Shown here: positions 21,053 through 31,530 of the stretch, piece after piece
How the letters are laid out: the number at the start of each line of letters is the position of its first letter
How positions within the stretch are numbered: the first letter of the stretch is position 1
From: Anaeromyxobacter sp.
Lineage (GTDB): Bacteria > Myxococcota > Myxococcia > Myxococcales > Anaeromyxobacteraceae
DNA length: 64,000 nt
Assembly: GCA_049840735.1 (NCBI GenBank)
Contig: JASGJN010000012.1
Coordinates: 1-64,000 of the forward strand
Direction of reading: 5' to 3'
Notes under the pieces: generated by a model
Seen by the model: only the letters and a program-made list of their open reading frames with translations
The model's database searches: none
What the model was told of the DNA's origin: nothing
Translations under genes and position numbers: made by a program

Positions 21053-21256
21053 CTAGGCCGGCCCCCTGCGAACGAAGAAGAGATAGGCCAGCGCGGGCCG
21101 GTGCGAGCCCTCGCGCATGACGAAGTGGAGCGACTCGAAGCTCCAGCCGTCCGCCGTCCGCTCGTTCAGCGCCGCCTCCAGGGTCTCGTCGGAGACCGGC
21201 GAGACCTCCACCACCTTGTAGGTGCCCGGCGGGCCCTGGACGGCGCGGAGGTTCAC
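21053..21256 (-). CDS. DUF4177-like small protein
   Basis: [35 protein letters not shown] overlap with hemB stop. Confidence 0.7.
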   Translation of the reverse strand: MNLRAVQGPPGTYKVVEVSPVSDETLEAALNERTADGWSFESLHFVMREGSHRPALAYLFFVRRGPA

Positions 21257-22275
21257 TTGCTCCCCGTGAGCAACCGCGCGGCGTGGGCGGCGTAGTAGGT
21301 CAGCACCAGGTCGGCGCCGGCGCGGCGGCAGCAGAGCAGCGTCTCCAGCACCACCCGGTCCTCGTCGATCCAGCCCCGCTCGGCGGCGGCCTTGATCATC
21401 GCGTACTCGCCGCTCACGTGGTAGGCGGCCACCGGCAGCGGGAACTGCTCGCGGACGGCGCGGACGATGTCCAGGTAGGGGACGGCCGGCTTCACCATCA
21501 CCATGTCCGCGCCCTCGGCCACGTCCAGCGCCACCTCGCGCAGCGCCTCCCGGGCGTTGGCCGGATCCATCTGGTAGCCCTTGCGGTCCCTGGGGATGCC
21601 CGGGCCCTCGCGCGGCGCGCTCTCGGCGGCGTCGCGGAACGGGCCGTAGAACGCCCCGGCGAACTTGGCCGCGTAGGAGAGCACCGGCACGTCCTGCCAG
21701 CCGTCGGCGTCCAGGGCGGCGCGGATGGCGGCCACGCGGCCGTCCATCATGTCCGAGGGGGCCACGATGTCGGCGCCGGCGCGGGCGTGCGCCACCGCCT
21801 CCCTGGCCAGCAGCGGCAGGGTGAGGTCGTTGTCCACGCCCATGTCCTGGCCGGGCCCGCCGGCCCGCGGCGCCTTGAGGATGCCGCAGTGGCCGTGGTC
21901 GGTGTACTCGCACATGCAGACGTCGGTCATCACCACCAGGCCGGGCACCTGCGCCTTCAGCGCCCGGACGGCGCGCGGGACGATCCCGTCCTCGGCCCAG
22001 GCCCCGGAGCCCTGCGCGTCCTTGTGCTCGGGGATGCCGAACAGGATCACCGACCGCACGCCGGCGGCGTAGCCGGCCTGCGCCTCGGCCACCAGCTCGT
22101 CCACCGAGAGCTGGAAGACGCCCGGCATGCTCTTGACCGGGTTGCGGACCTTCTCGCCCGGGACCACGAAGAGCGGCCACACCAGGTCGTCCGGCGCCAG
22201 GTGGGTCTCCCGCACCAGGCGGCGGAGGGCCTCGGTTCGACGCAGGCGGCGGGGGCGGTCCTGGGGGAAAGGCAT
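21253..22275 (-). CDS. hemB: Porphobilinogen synthase
   Basis: [63 protein letters not shown]. Confidence 0.97.
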   Translation of the reverse strand: MPFPQDRPRRLRRTEALRRLVRETHLAPDDLVWPLFVVPGEKVRNPVKSMPGVFQLSVDELVAEAQAGYAAGVRSVILFGIPEHKDAQGSGAWAEDGIVPRAVRALKAQVPGLVVMTDVCMCEYTDHGHCGILKAPRAGGPGQDMGVDNDLTLPLLAREAVAHARAGADIVAPSDMMDGRVAAIRAALDADGWQDVPVLSYAAKFAGAFYGPFRDAAESAPREGPGIPRDRKGYQMDPANAREALREVALDVAEGADMVMVKPAVPYLDIVRAVREQFPLPVAAYHVSGEYAMIKAAAERGWIDEDRVVLETLLCCRRAGADLVLTYYAAHAARLLTGSK

Positions 22276-22343
22276 GTGCGCTTTCTAGCGCAGTCGGGCC
22301 CGCCGGGAAAGCGGCGGGCCGGGCCGGGCGGGCGGGCCCGCGC

Positions 22344-23688
22344 TCACGGCCGCTCCCGGGGGTTCACGTCGCGCATCACCAGGCCGGCCCACAGCCGCGG
22401 GGCGAAGAGCGTGCTCTTCTGCGGCATGGTCTGCCCCGCCTCCCCCACCGCCTGCACCTGCCACATGGGCGTGGGGTTGAGCAGGAAGCCCAGCTGCTGC
22501 TGGCCGGCGAGCACGCGGTCGACCGCCTCCCCGGCGTCGCGCACGTAGGTGACGTGCTCCTCCCGCGCCTGCCCCTCCGGCGTGATGCCCAGCAGGTGCT
22601 GCAGCACCACCGCGTGGAGCACGGTGACGTCCAGCGCGCGCAGCGTCTCGTCCGGCGGGGCCTGCGCCTCGTCCAGATCGGCGTCGTCCCGCAGCGTCAG
22701 CACGTGGGCCCGCTGGTCCTCGGCCGAGACCATCAGCAGCGTGCTGGCCTTGCCGGCGTGCTCCGCCAGCCGGGCCACCGCCCAGGCGCGGCCGGCCGGA
22801 CGCCGCAGGTCCTCGGGGAGCGTCTCCACCGTGAAGTAGCGGGCCAGCTGCTCCAGCAGCCGGGGCACCGAGAGCCCCTGGATCCCGTTCACCAGCCGGT
22901 GCGTGGCGTAGAGCACCAGCCCCGGGTCGCTCATGGGGCAGAGGAACATCATGGCATAGCGGTGGCCGCCGTCCGCCGGGAGGCCGGGCGTCCCGGCGTC
23001 GAGCAGCCGCTGGTAGGCCATGTAGGTCTCGTACCGGTGGTGCCCGTCGGCGATGAAGATGCGGTGGTCGCGCACCAGCCCCTGCAGCGCCGCGATGGCC
23101 TGCGGGTCCTCCACGCGCCAGAGCCGGTGGTGGACGCCGTCCTCGGTGTCGGTCTCGGCCACCGGATCGGGGGGGAGGAGGGCGTCCAGCGTCCGGGCGG
23201 TGGCGCCCGCCGGGTCGCGGTAGAGGCCGAAGAGGACGGAGAGGTTGGCCCGGACCGCCTTGATGAGCTCGAGCTGCTCGGCGCGCGGGGCCACCAGCGT
23301 CTTCTCGTGCGGGACGATGATCCCCTCGGAGAACTCGTGCAGCCGCACGGCGGCGATGAAGCCGCGCCGGCGCACCTCGCGGCCGTCCTGGGACCAGAAG
23401 GTTTGCTCCAGCGGGTAGATGGCCGGGGCCGGGTCGGACCGCAGCACGCCCGACGCGCGCCACTCGTCCCACCACCCCGCCGCGCGCGTGTGGCGGTTCC
23501 AGCCCTTGCCGTCGCCGGGGCGATCCTCGCCGGCCGTCAGGTGGCAGACGTTCTGCGGGTCCCTGCGGAGCAGCAGCGCCCGCTCCTCGGGCGCGATTCT
23601 GATCGTAGGGGGGCGCCAGGAGCACGCCGAGCGCGCGCCCGCGCGAGGCGGCGTACCGGATGCCGCGGAAGGGCGCGATCTCGGCCAT
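22344..23688 (-). CDS. DUF1015-family protein, frameshift at about 23597
   Basis: MAEIAPFRGIRY...APPYD, then IVPHEKT, IADGHHRYET, MPQKSTLFAP. Confidence 0.88.
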
Positions 23689-23761
23689 CGGGGCTGGGAC
23701 CGTAGATCAGCGCCTGCGGGGGTGCAAGGCGCGCGCGGCGCTTCCGGTGGGGCGCCGACCG

Positions 23762-25171
23762 TCACCTGGCCCCCCGGCCGAGCAGCACGGCCGGGATGGT
23801 CCGGAGCACGATCCGGACGTCCTGCCACAGCGACCATCTGTCGATGTAGGCCAGGTCCAGCTCCATCCAGCGCCGGAACCCCACCTCGCTGCGCCCGGAG
23901 ACCTGCCAGGTGCAGGTGAGCCCCGGCTTGACCGAGAGCCGGCGGCGCTGCCAGGGCTCGTACCGCCGCACCTCATCCGGCAGCGGGGGGCGCGGCCCGA
24001 CCAGGCTCATCTCCCCCCGGAGCACGTTCCAGAGCTGGGGCAGCTCGTCGAGCGAGGTGCGGCGCAGCAGCCGTCCGACGCGGGTGACCCGCGGGTCGCT
24101 CCGCAGCTTGAAGACCGGGCCGTCCATCTCGTTGCGGTGCTCCAGGGCGGCGCGCTCGGCCTCCGCCCCGCAGCGCATGGAGCGGAACTTGTACAGGGTG
24201 AAGCGGCGGCCGTGCAGCCCGACCCGCTGCTGGCGGAAGAGGATGGGGCCGCGGGAGTCGAGCGCCACCGCCGCCGCCGCCACCGCCAGCACCGGCGCGA
24301 GCAGCACCAGGCCGGCCACGCTGCCCACGACGTCGAAGGCGCGCTTGGCCAGCAGCGGGAGCAGCGCCTCGGGCGCGGTCGAGAAGGAGAGCAGCGGCTG
24401 CCCGGAGAGATCCTCCACCGCCAGCCGCGAGCGGCGGGAGGGGAAGAGGTCGAGGCCGATCTTGACCGGGATGCCCTGCTCCTCGCAGGCCTCCAGCGCC
24501 CGCTCCGCCGCGGCCAGCCGCTCCCGCGGCACCGCCACCACCACGAAGTCGAGCACCTGCCGCTGCAGGATCTCGCGCAGCTCCGCCAGCTCCCCCAGCA
24601 CCGGGCCGGCGACGCCGCGCCCGGAGCCGCGCTCGAGCACGAAGCCGGCGAAGGTGAAGCCCCACTCCTGCCGGGCCAGCAGCTCGCGCCGGAGGCGGTG
24701 CGCGAGGGGCCCGCTCCCCACCACCGCGAACGTCCGCGAGTTGTAGCCGCGCCGCCGCAGCGCCCGCGCCAGCGTGCGCAGCGCCACCCGGCTCCCCGCC
24801 AGCCCCGTCACCGCCACCGCGCTCCAGACGCCCAGCAGGAGGCGCGAGCGCTCGGGATCGCGCCCCGCCAGCGCCACCCCGGCCAGCACGGCCGCGGCGG
24901 TGCACCCGGCCAGCGCGATCCGCCCCACCTCGTCCACCAGCCGGCGCGTGCGGTAGACGCCGTAGACCCCGCTGGCCTCGGAGACGGCGGTCCACACGAT
25001 CAGGGCCAGCGCCACCCAGGGGGCGTCGAGGCCGGCCGGGGCGCTCCAGGCGGAGCCACCCGGCTCCACCGCCGGCTGGAGGGCTCGGGCGCCGGCGAAC
25101 GCCGCCGCGACCAGCCCCAGGTCCAGGATGCGCAACCCCGCCGCGACCGCCCGCGCCCGCTGCCTCAGCAT
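23762..25171 (-). CDS. Polyprenyl-phosphate sugar phosphotransferase (WcaJ/CpsE-type priming enzyme)
   Basis: N-terminal TM helices; KRAFDVV, YKFRSM, DPRVTRVGRLLRRTSLDELPQLWNVLRGEMSLVGPRP. Confidence 0.92.
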   Translation of the reverse strand: MLRQRARAVAAGLRILDLGLVAAAFAGARALQPAVEPGGSAWSAPAGLDAPWVALALIVWTAVSEASGVYGVYRTRRLVDEVGRIALAGCTAAAVLAGVALAGRDPERSRLLLGVWSAVAVTGLAGSRVALRTLARALRRRGYNSRTFAVVGSGPLAHRLRRELLARQEWGFTFAGFVLERGSGRGVAGPVLGELAELREILQRQVLDFVVVAVPRERLAAAERALEACEEQGIPVKIGLDLFPSRRSRLAVEDLSGQPLLSFSTAPEALLPLLAKRAFDVVGSVAGLVLLAPVLAVAAAAVALDSRGPILFRQQRVGLHGRRFTLYKFRSMRCGAEAERAALEHRNEMDGPVFKLRSDPRVTRVGRLLRRTSLDELPQLWNVLRGEMSLVGPRPPLPDEVRRYEPWQRRRLSVKPGLTCTWQVSGRSEVGFRRWMELDLAYIDRWSLWQDVRIVLRTIPAVLLGRGAR

Positions 25172-25255
25172 GCGCCCCCGCCGCGCCCCGAGGGACCGGC
25201 GGAGGGTGTTCCGCCTGCCCGGTGGCGTCCCCAAGGTCGAGACGGCGGAGCGCAC

Positions 25256-26170
25256 ATGGAAGACACCTTCATCGTGGTGGTGAACTGGAACGGCGGGGGG
25301 TTGCTCCCGGCCTGCCTCGACGCCCTGCGGGCGCAGGTCCCGCCCGGCGCGATCCTGGTGGTGGACAACGGCTCCAGCGACGACTCGGCGGCGGTGGTGG
25401 CCGCCCGCCCCGGCGTCCGCTGGCTCCCGCTGGGCGCCAACACCGGCTTCTCCCCGGCCGCCAACGCGGGGCTGCGGCAGGCGCTGCTGGCCGGCGCGCG
25501 CTTCGTGGCCCTGGTCAACACCGACGTGGTGCTCGCGCCGGGCTGGCTGGCCGCGCTGCGCGCCGACGCCGACCGCCACCCCCGCGCCGGGCTCTGGAAC
25601 GGGCTGCTCACCTTCGAGGACGATCCGCTCACCGTGAACTCCACCGGGCTGGTCTTCGACCGCTGGCTGCGCGCGCGCGACCGCGACTTCGGCCGCCCGC
25701 TCGCGGCGCTGGACCGGCCGGCCGGGACGGTCCCGGGGGTGACGCTGGGCGCGGCGCTGCTGCGCGCCTCGGCGCTGCGCCGCACCGGGCTGCTCGACCC
25801 GGCCTTCTTCGCCTACTGCGAGGACGCCGACCTGTCGCTCCGGGCGGCCCGGGCCGGCGTGGGCTGCCGCTACGTGCCGGCGGCCCGGGCCCGCCACGGC
25901 TACGCCCGCACCAGCGGCGCCGGCTCGCCGCTGCAGCGCTACCTGCTGGCGCGCAACCACCTGCGGGTGGCGGCCCGCCACCTGCCGCTCGCGTGGGCCG
26001 CCGCGGCGGTGCCGGGGCTGGCGCTGCTGCGGGCGGCGGTGGCCGCGCCGCGGGCCGCCCTGCGCGGCGGCCGGGCCCACGGCCTGGCCCAGCTGCGCGC
26101 CGCCCGCGACGGGCTGGCCCTGGGCGGAGAGGCCCTGCGCCTGCGGCTGGCGGCCGCCATCCGCCCCTGA
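25256..26170 (+). CDS. Glycosyltransferase family 2
   Basis: IVVVNWNG, VVDNGSSDDS, NTGFSPAAN, LVNTD, FFAYCEDADLSLR. Confidence 0.88.
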   Translation: MEDTFIVVVNWNGGGLLPACLDALRAQVPPGAILVVDNGSSDDSAAVVAARPGVRWLPLGANTGFSPAANAGLRQALLAGARFVALVNTDVVLAPGWLAALRADADRHPRAGLWNGLLTFEDDPLTVNSTGLVFDRWLRARDRDFGRPLAALDRPAGTVPGVTLGAALLRASALRRTGLLDPAFFAYCEDADLSLRAARAGVGCRYVPAARARHGYARTSGAGSPLQRYLLARNHLRVAARHLPLAWAAAAVPGLALLRAAVAAPRAALRGGRAHGLAQLRAARDGLALGGEALRLRLAAAIRP

Positions 26171-26197
26171 GCGGCAGGTGGCGAGCGTCGCCCGCCC

Positions 26198-26969
26198 TCA
26201 CACCGCCCGCACCGCCTCGGCCCCGGGCATGCCCTGCAGGGCGCGGTAGCGCGCCACCGCCTGCGCCGTCGGACCGTCGAAGGCCAGCGCGCCCCGGTGC
26301 AGCACCACGCCCCGGTCGCAGAGCGCGGCCACCTGGTCGGAGGAGTGCGTGACCAGCAGGATGGTGCAGCCCGCGCGGCGCAGCGCCCGGATCCGCTCCA
26401 GGCACTTGGCCTGGAACCGCTCGTCCCCCACCGCCAGCACCTCGTCCACCAGCAGCAGGTCGGCGTCCACGTCGGAGGCGATGGCGAACCCCAGCCGCGC
26501 GTACATGCCGGAGGAGTAGCTCTTCACCGGCACGTCGATGAACCGCTCCAGCTCGGCGAAGGCCACGATCCGCTCCAGCCGCGCGGCCATGTCGCGGCGG
26601 GAGCGGCCCAGCAGCGCGCCGTTCAGGAAGACGTTGTCGCGCCCGGAGAGCTCCGGGTCGAACCCGGCCCCCAGCTCGATCAGCGGCGCCACCCGCCCGC
26701 CCACCCGCACCGTCCCCTCGGTGGGCCGCAGCACGCCGGCGGCCAGCTGCAGCAGCGTCGACTTGCCCGAGCCGTTGTGGCCCACCACCCCCACCGCCTC
26801 CCCCGGGGCGACGCGCAGCGAGACGTCGCGCAGCGCCCAGAGCGGCTCGGCCTTGTTCAGGTGGCGGAACCGCCCCAGCACGGCCTCCTTGAGCGTGTCC
26901 ACCCGCTCGTGACGCAGCCAGTAGCGCATGGACGCGTGATTCGAAGCTGAGCAAGCCGGTCGGGGACAT
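26198..26969 (-). CDS. wzt: Polysaccharide ABC exporter ATP-binding subunit (Wzt-like), frameshift at about 26940
   Basis: Walker A GHNGSGKST, ELGAGFDPELSGRDN, VKSYSSGMYARLGF, VDEVLAVGD. Confidence 0.88.
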
Positions 26970-26976
26970 GGTGATC

Positions 26977-27780
26977 TCAGAACCAATGCAGGTGCTGACC
27001 TTCGCTGCGGTGGAAGGCCCAAAGCCCCAGCACGAGCGCGGCGGCCGCCACGGCCGTGGCCGCCGCCAGCTCCCCGGGCGGCGGGAAGCGGCCGGCGTGG
27101 ACCGCCTCCTGGAACAGCGCCACGATGGGCGTGGCGGGGTTGGCGGCCAGCAGGCGGCGCAGCCACCCCGACCCCAGCGCCTCGACGTACGAGGCCGGGT
27201 AGAGCACCGGCGTGAGGTAGAACCAGACCTGGAACAGCACCTCGACCAGGTGGCGCAGGTCGCGGAAGAAGACCGTGAGCGAGCTGACCAGCAGCGCCAG
27301 CCCGGTGGTGAAGGCGAAGGCCAGCAGCAGCGCCACCGGCAGCGCCAGCCAGCTCGCGCCGGGCGGGCGGCCCTGCAGGGCGGCCACCACCGCCAGCGGC
27401 GCCAGCGAGAGCGCCACGTCCACCAGCTTCCCGCCCACCACCGCCAGCGGGTAGACCGCCTGCGGCACCGCCACCTTCCGGATCAGCCCCTGGTTGGCGA
27501 GCAGGGCGTGCGAGGCGCTCACCGTGCCCACCGAGATGAGGCTCCAGGGGAGCAGGCCGGCCAGCACGTAGAGCGCGTAGGCCGGGGTGTCGATGCGGAC
27601 CACCCGCGAGAAGACCACCGTGTAGACCGCCATCTGCAGGAGCGGGTTGAGCAGCGTCCAGGCCATCCCCAGCGCGCTGCGCTTGTAGCGGGCCTTGAGA
27701 TTGCGCGCGACCAGCAGCGCCACGAGCTCACGCACGCGGTAGAGGTCGGCCACGGGGCGGGTCAGCGAGGCGGCGAGCAC
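26977..27780 (-). CDS. wzm: Polysaccharide ABC exporter permease (Wzm-like), start approximate
   Basis: RNLKARYKRSALGMAWTLLNPLL, FFRDLRHLVEV...WFYLTPVLYP. Confidence 0.88.
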   Translation of the reverse strand: MLAASLTRPVADLYRVRELVALLVARNLKARYKRSALGMAWTLLNPLLQMAVYTVVFSRVVRIDTPAYALYVLAGLLPWSLISVGTVSASHALLANQGLIRKVAVPQAVYPLAVVGGKLVDVALSLAPLAVVAALQGRPPGASWLALPVALLLAFAFTTGLALLVSSLTVFFRDLRHLVEVLFQVWFYLTPVLYPASYVEALGSGWLRRLLAANPATPIVALFQEAVHAGRFPPPGELAAATAVAAAALVLGLWAFHRSEGQHLHWF

Positions 27781-27860
27781 CCCAGGCAACCTCGTGACGC
27801 CCGACGGGCCGCGCCACGGCCCCCCAGGGCGCGTGAACGTGCCCCCAGGGGCGCGGCCGT

Positions 27861-28659
27861 TCACGCCGGCCTGCGCGCGTGGACCACCAGCCCGTTCGAG
27901 CCCAGGATGCCCAGGAGCGGCGAGCGCACCCGGACCAGCCGCGGCTCGAACCCCACCCGCTCCAGCTCGCAGAGGGACTCGATCCCGAAGATGGTGTAGA
28001 CCAGCGCGCCCTCCGGGCGGACCGGGTCCTCGTGGTAGACGGGCGGCGCAAGGTGGCGGACGGTCCCGTCCGGCCCGGGCTCGGCCCGCACCTCGGCGCA
28101 GAAGCGGTGGCCGTGGAACGGCACGGTGAAGATGGCGTGGCCGCCGGGCGCCAGCACCCGGTACAGCTCGGCCAGCGCCGCGGCGGGCCGCGGCACGTGC
28201 TCCAGCACGTCGGAGGAGAGCACCGCCTCGAAGGCGCCGTCCGGGAAGTGGGTCCGCTGCGCGTCCACGTGCAGCACGCCGTCGCGCACGGCGCCGCTGG
28301 GCAGCGCCGCATCGAGGAACTCGCTGGCCACGTGGTTCTGCCCCAGCCGCGCCGCCAGCGCCTGGTGCAGCGCGCGGCGCGCCTCCAGGTTCCAGACGCG
28401 CCAGCGCCGGGGCAGGCGCGCCACCCCCGCCCCGGCGCCCAGCCCGGCCACCTCCAGCAGGACCGCCGCCAGCTGACGCTGCCGGTTGAAGCTGCCGCAG
28501 CGACGGCAGGCCAGCGTCTCGCGCAGGTTGTCCGACTCGAGCTCGAAGACCGTGGCCTGCGAGCAGACGTTGCAGAACCCCGGCCAGCGGCGGGCGCGCA
28601 GTGCGGCCCGCTCCCAGAATCCCGTCCCGCGCCGCGCGCGGCCAGTCCACCTGCAGCAT
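27861..28659 (-). CDS. Methyltransferase type 11-like protein with CxxC pairs, frameshift at about 28618
   Basis: FCNVC...LRETLACRRCGSFNRQR, FPDGAFEAVLSSDVLEHVP, ELYRVLAPGG. Confidence 0.8.
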
Positions 28660-28669
28660 CGCTGCCTCC

Positions 28670-29980
28670 TCACCCGGCCGCGCGGGCCGCGGCCGCCGCC
28701 GCGGCGGAGCCGGCGTAGGGCCGGCGCGGGAGGTCCAGCGGCCCGCCGCCCTCCCCGCGCAGCCGGTCGACGAGCACCGCCGGGAGCGCGCTCAAGGCCC
28801 GCAGCGAGCCGCGCGTGCCGGGCGCCCGCCATACCGCGTCCAGGCCGCCCGGGGCCGCCGCCCGGCACTCGTGGACCACGTCGCGGGCGCGGCGGGCGAA
28901 GGTGCGGACCGCCAGCGCCGGCGCGCCGTGGCGGGCGGCGAAGAGCAGGGTGCTGCGCGCCACGTGCTCCACGAAGGCCGGGGAGCCCTCACGGCTGGTG
29001 CCGGTGTGGTAGTGGCGGACCCGCGAGCCCGGGCAGAAGACCAGCAGCCCCAGCCGCCGCAGCCGGAGCGAGAGGTCGGTGTCCTCGTAGTACATGGTGT
29101 AGTAGGGCGGGAACCAGCCGGCGCGATCGAGCGCGGTCCGCCGCGCCAGCAGCGCGGCGCCGCAGAGCGCCGGCACCACCTCCTCGCGCGACCAGCGCGG
29201 CCCGTCCGGCTCCCCGGCCCCGGCGTCGCTCCCCTCCCCGTGGGCGGTGAGCGCCGTCCCGGCGTTCTGGATCAGGTCCATTGTGACCGCCCCCTCCAGC
29301 TCCAGGGGCGCGATCCCCGGGCGCTCGCCCAGCCGCAGCGGCGCCCGCCCTGGGACCTCCAGCGCCACCGGCCCGCCGCGCCCGGCCAGCCGCAGCACCG
29401 GCCGCCGCGCCGGCGCGTCCAGGCCGGGCAGCGGGATGGGCAGGTGCACCGCCGCGCCGGGCGGAAGCTCCCGCAGCAGCGCCCCGCCGGCGCGCCGCCG
29501 CGCGGCCCCGGCCGGCCAGCGCACCTTGCCGTCGAGCGGGCCGCCGTGCACCGCCTCACCCACCAGGACCGGCGCGCCGTCCGTGGCCCGGATCGTCACC
29601 GGCACGAAGCGGTGCATGAAGAGGAGCTTCGCGCCCACCGCCGCCACGCCCGGATCCCCCGCCAGCAGCGCCAGCGGGCGCACCAGCCACTCCGGCTCCG
29701 GGGCGGTGTCGTTGTTGAGGAAGGCGATCACCTCGCCGCGCGCCGCGCCCCGGGCGGCGTTGTTGGCCGCGGCGAACCCCAGGGGGCGGTCGAAGGCCAG
29801 CACCCGCACCCGCGGGAAGCGGGCGGCCCAGGCGGCCGTGCCGTCGCGCGAGCCGTTGTCCACCAGCAGCACCTCCAGCGCCCAGCCCGGCGGCAGGCGC
29901 GAGCCCTCCAGGGCCGGCAGGCACCGCTCCAGGAACCGGCGCCCGTCGCGGGTGGGGACGATCACGCTCACCGTGCTCAC
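28670..29980 (-). CDS. Glycosyltransferase family 2
   Basis: VSVIVPTRDG, VDNGSRDGT, GFAAANN, FLNNDT, MYYEDTDLSLR. Confidence 0.85.
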   Translation of the reverse strand: MSTVSVIVPTRDGRRFLERCLPALEGSRLPPGWALEVLLVDNGSRDGTAAWAARFPRVRVLAFDRPLGFAAANNAARGAARGEVIAFLNNDTAPEPEWLVRPLALLAGDPGVAAVGAKLLFMHRFVPVTIRATDGAPVLVGEAVHGGPLDGKVRWPAGAARRRAGGALLRELPPGAAVHLPIPLPGLDAPARRPVLRLAGRGGPVALEVPGRAPLRLGERPGIAPLELEGAVTMDLIQNAGTALTAHGEGSDAGAGEPDGPRWSREEVVPALCGAALLARRTALDRAGWFPPYYTMYYEDTDLSLRLRRLGLLVFCPGSRVRHYHTGTSREGSPAFVEHVARSTLLFAARHGAPALAVRTFARRARDVVHECRAAAPGGLDAVWRAPGTRGSLRALSALPAVLVDRLRGEGGGPLDLPRRPYAGSAAAAAAARAAG

Positions 29981-31047
29981 GACGCGATCACCCCCGCGAA
30001 GAGGGCCTGCACCTCGGCGTCGAAGCGGGGCCTTCCGAACCGCTCCGCCCGCTCCCGCGCGCGCCGGCCCATGGCCTCGCGCCGCGCCTCGTCCCGCAGC
30101 AGCGCGGCGGTGGCGCGCGCCAGCCCGTCCTGGTCCTGGTAGAGCAGGCCGCTCCACCCATGCTCCACGATCTCGCGGGGGCCGCCGCCGTCGAAGCAGA
30201 CCGGGACCGCCCCGGCGCTCATGGCCTCCACCACCGCGATGCCGAAGTGCTCCTGCCGCTCGGGCAGGTGGGGCGGGGCCAGCGCGCCGGTGGCGTGCCA
30301 GCACACGGCGGCCCGGTCCAGCGCCGCCCGCCGGTCGGCCTCCGGCGCGTCCAGCAGCAGGTCCACGGGGAGGTCGGCGCAGCGGGCGGCCAGGTCGCCC
30401 AGCTCCTCCAGCGTGGGCCGGTCGGCGTTGACGCGCCCCACCAGCACCAGCCGCCACCCGGACGGCGCCCGCGGCAGCAGGCGCGCGAACGCCTCCACCA
30501 GCCAGGGCTGGTTCTTGTGGTGGCCGGTGGCGGCGAAGCGGCCCACGGCGACGATCTCGCGCGCCTTGGGGCCGGGCGCGGGCAGCAGCTCGGCGGCCGG
30601 GTAGAGGACGCGGGTGGGCACGGCGCCGCCCCAGCGCCGGCGGGTGTGCCGCTCGGTGAAGAGGGAGTTGCAGAGCAGGTGCTGGTAGGTCTCCACCCAG
30701 GGCCCGCCCGGCTGGAAGGGGAACATCACCGCGTAGACGCCCAGCGGGCACGGGTTGGGCAGGCTGGAGCCGGCGCTGTGGTTGACCAGCACGTCGTAGG
30801 GGCGGAGCAGCTCGCCCAGCGCGCCGTCACCCTGCCCGCGCGCCTCCGGGACGGCGCGGATGGTGAACCCGTCGTGGCCGGGGCCGAAGGCCGCCGCCAC
30901 CGCCGCGGGGCCGGGCGGGCCCGGCTCGGTGGTGACGACCTCCACCTCGTGGCCGGCCGCGGCCAGCGCGCTGGCCAGCGCGAAGCAGGCCCGCTCGCCG
31001 CCGCCCAGCGTGCCCAGGTGCTCATTCAGGATCGCGACGCGCGCCAT
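29977..31047 (-). CDS. Glycosyltransferase family 4
   Basis: LGGGER, VGRF, KNQ, EHFGIAVVEAMSAG, GGPREIV. Confidence 0.88.
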   Translation of the reverse strand: MARVAILNEHLGTLGGGERACFALASALAAAGHEVEVVTTEPGPPGPAAVAAAFGPGHDGFTIRAVPEARGQGDGALGELLRPYDVLVNHSAGSSLPNPCPLGVYAVMFPFQPGGPWVETYQHLLCNSLFTERHTRRRWGGAVPTRVLYPAAELLPAPGPKAREIVAVGRFAATGHHKNQPWLVEAFARLLPRAPSGWRLVLVGRVNADRPTLEELGDLAARCADLPVDLLLDAPEADRRAALDRAAVCWHATGALAPPHLPERQEHFGIAVVEAMSAGAVPVCFDGGGPREIVEHGWSGLLYQDQDGLARATAALLRDEARREAMGRRARERAERFGRPRFDAEVQALFAGVIAS

Positions 31048-31117
31048 GGAGGGCCCCGCGCGCCGGTCGGGGCTTCGACTCCCGCCCCCCGGACGCGCGC
31101 CATAACGTTCGGCGACC

Positions 31118-31465
31118 GTGAGCCTCCGACCAGCCGATTGCCCCACCCAGGAACTGCCCGCCGCCGGCGGGTGCACCCGCTGCGCAGCCCTCTCCGGAGC
31201 GCTGGCGGAGGCCCGCGCGGCGCTGGCCGAGGCGCGCGCCGAGGCCGAGCGCGCCCGCCGGCGCGCCGAGCTGATCCTCCGCTACGTGCCAGAGCAGCTG
31301 GGCATCCCGGCCGAGCCGCCGCTGCGGTACCGGCTGGTGGACGCGCTCAACCGGGAGCTGCAGCGCTTCCCCGGGGTACACCGGCGGTTGAAGCGCACGC
31401 TCTCCCGCGCCCGCGCCGCGGCGGCGCGCGTGCGCGGCGTCGCAGGCGGGGCGGACGGACGGTGA
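31118..31465 (+). CDS. Hypothetical coiled-coil protein
   Basis: ALAEARAEAERARR coil and EPPLRYRLVDALN; GC3 bias. Confidence 0.5.
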   Translation: MSLRPADCPTQELPAAGGCTRCAALSGALAEARAALAEARAEAERARRRAELILRYVPEQLGIPAEPPLRYRLVDALNRELQRFPGVHRRLKRTLSRARAAAARVRGVAGGADGR

Positions 31466-31530
31466 GCCCCTCATGGCGCGAGGCCCGAGCGGCTGCTCCC
31501 TCACGCCGGGGCGTGCTTAACGTCTCACCA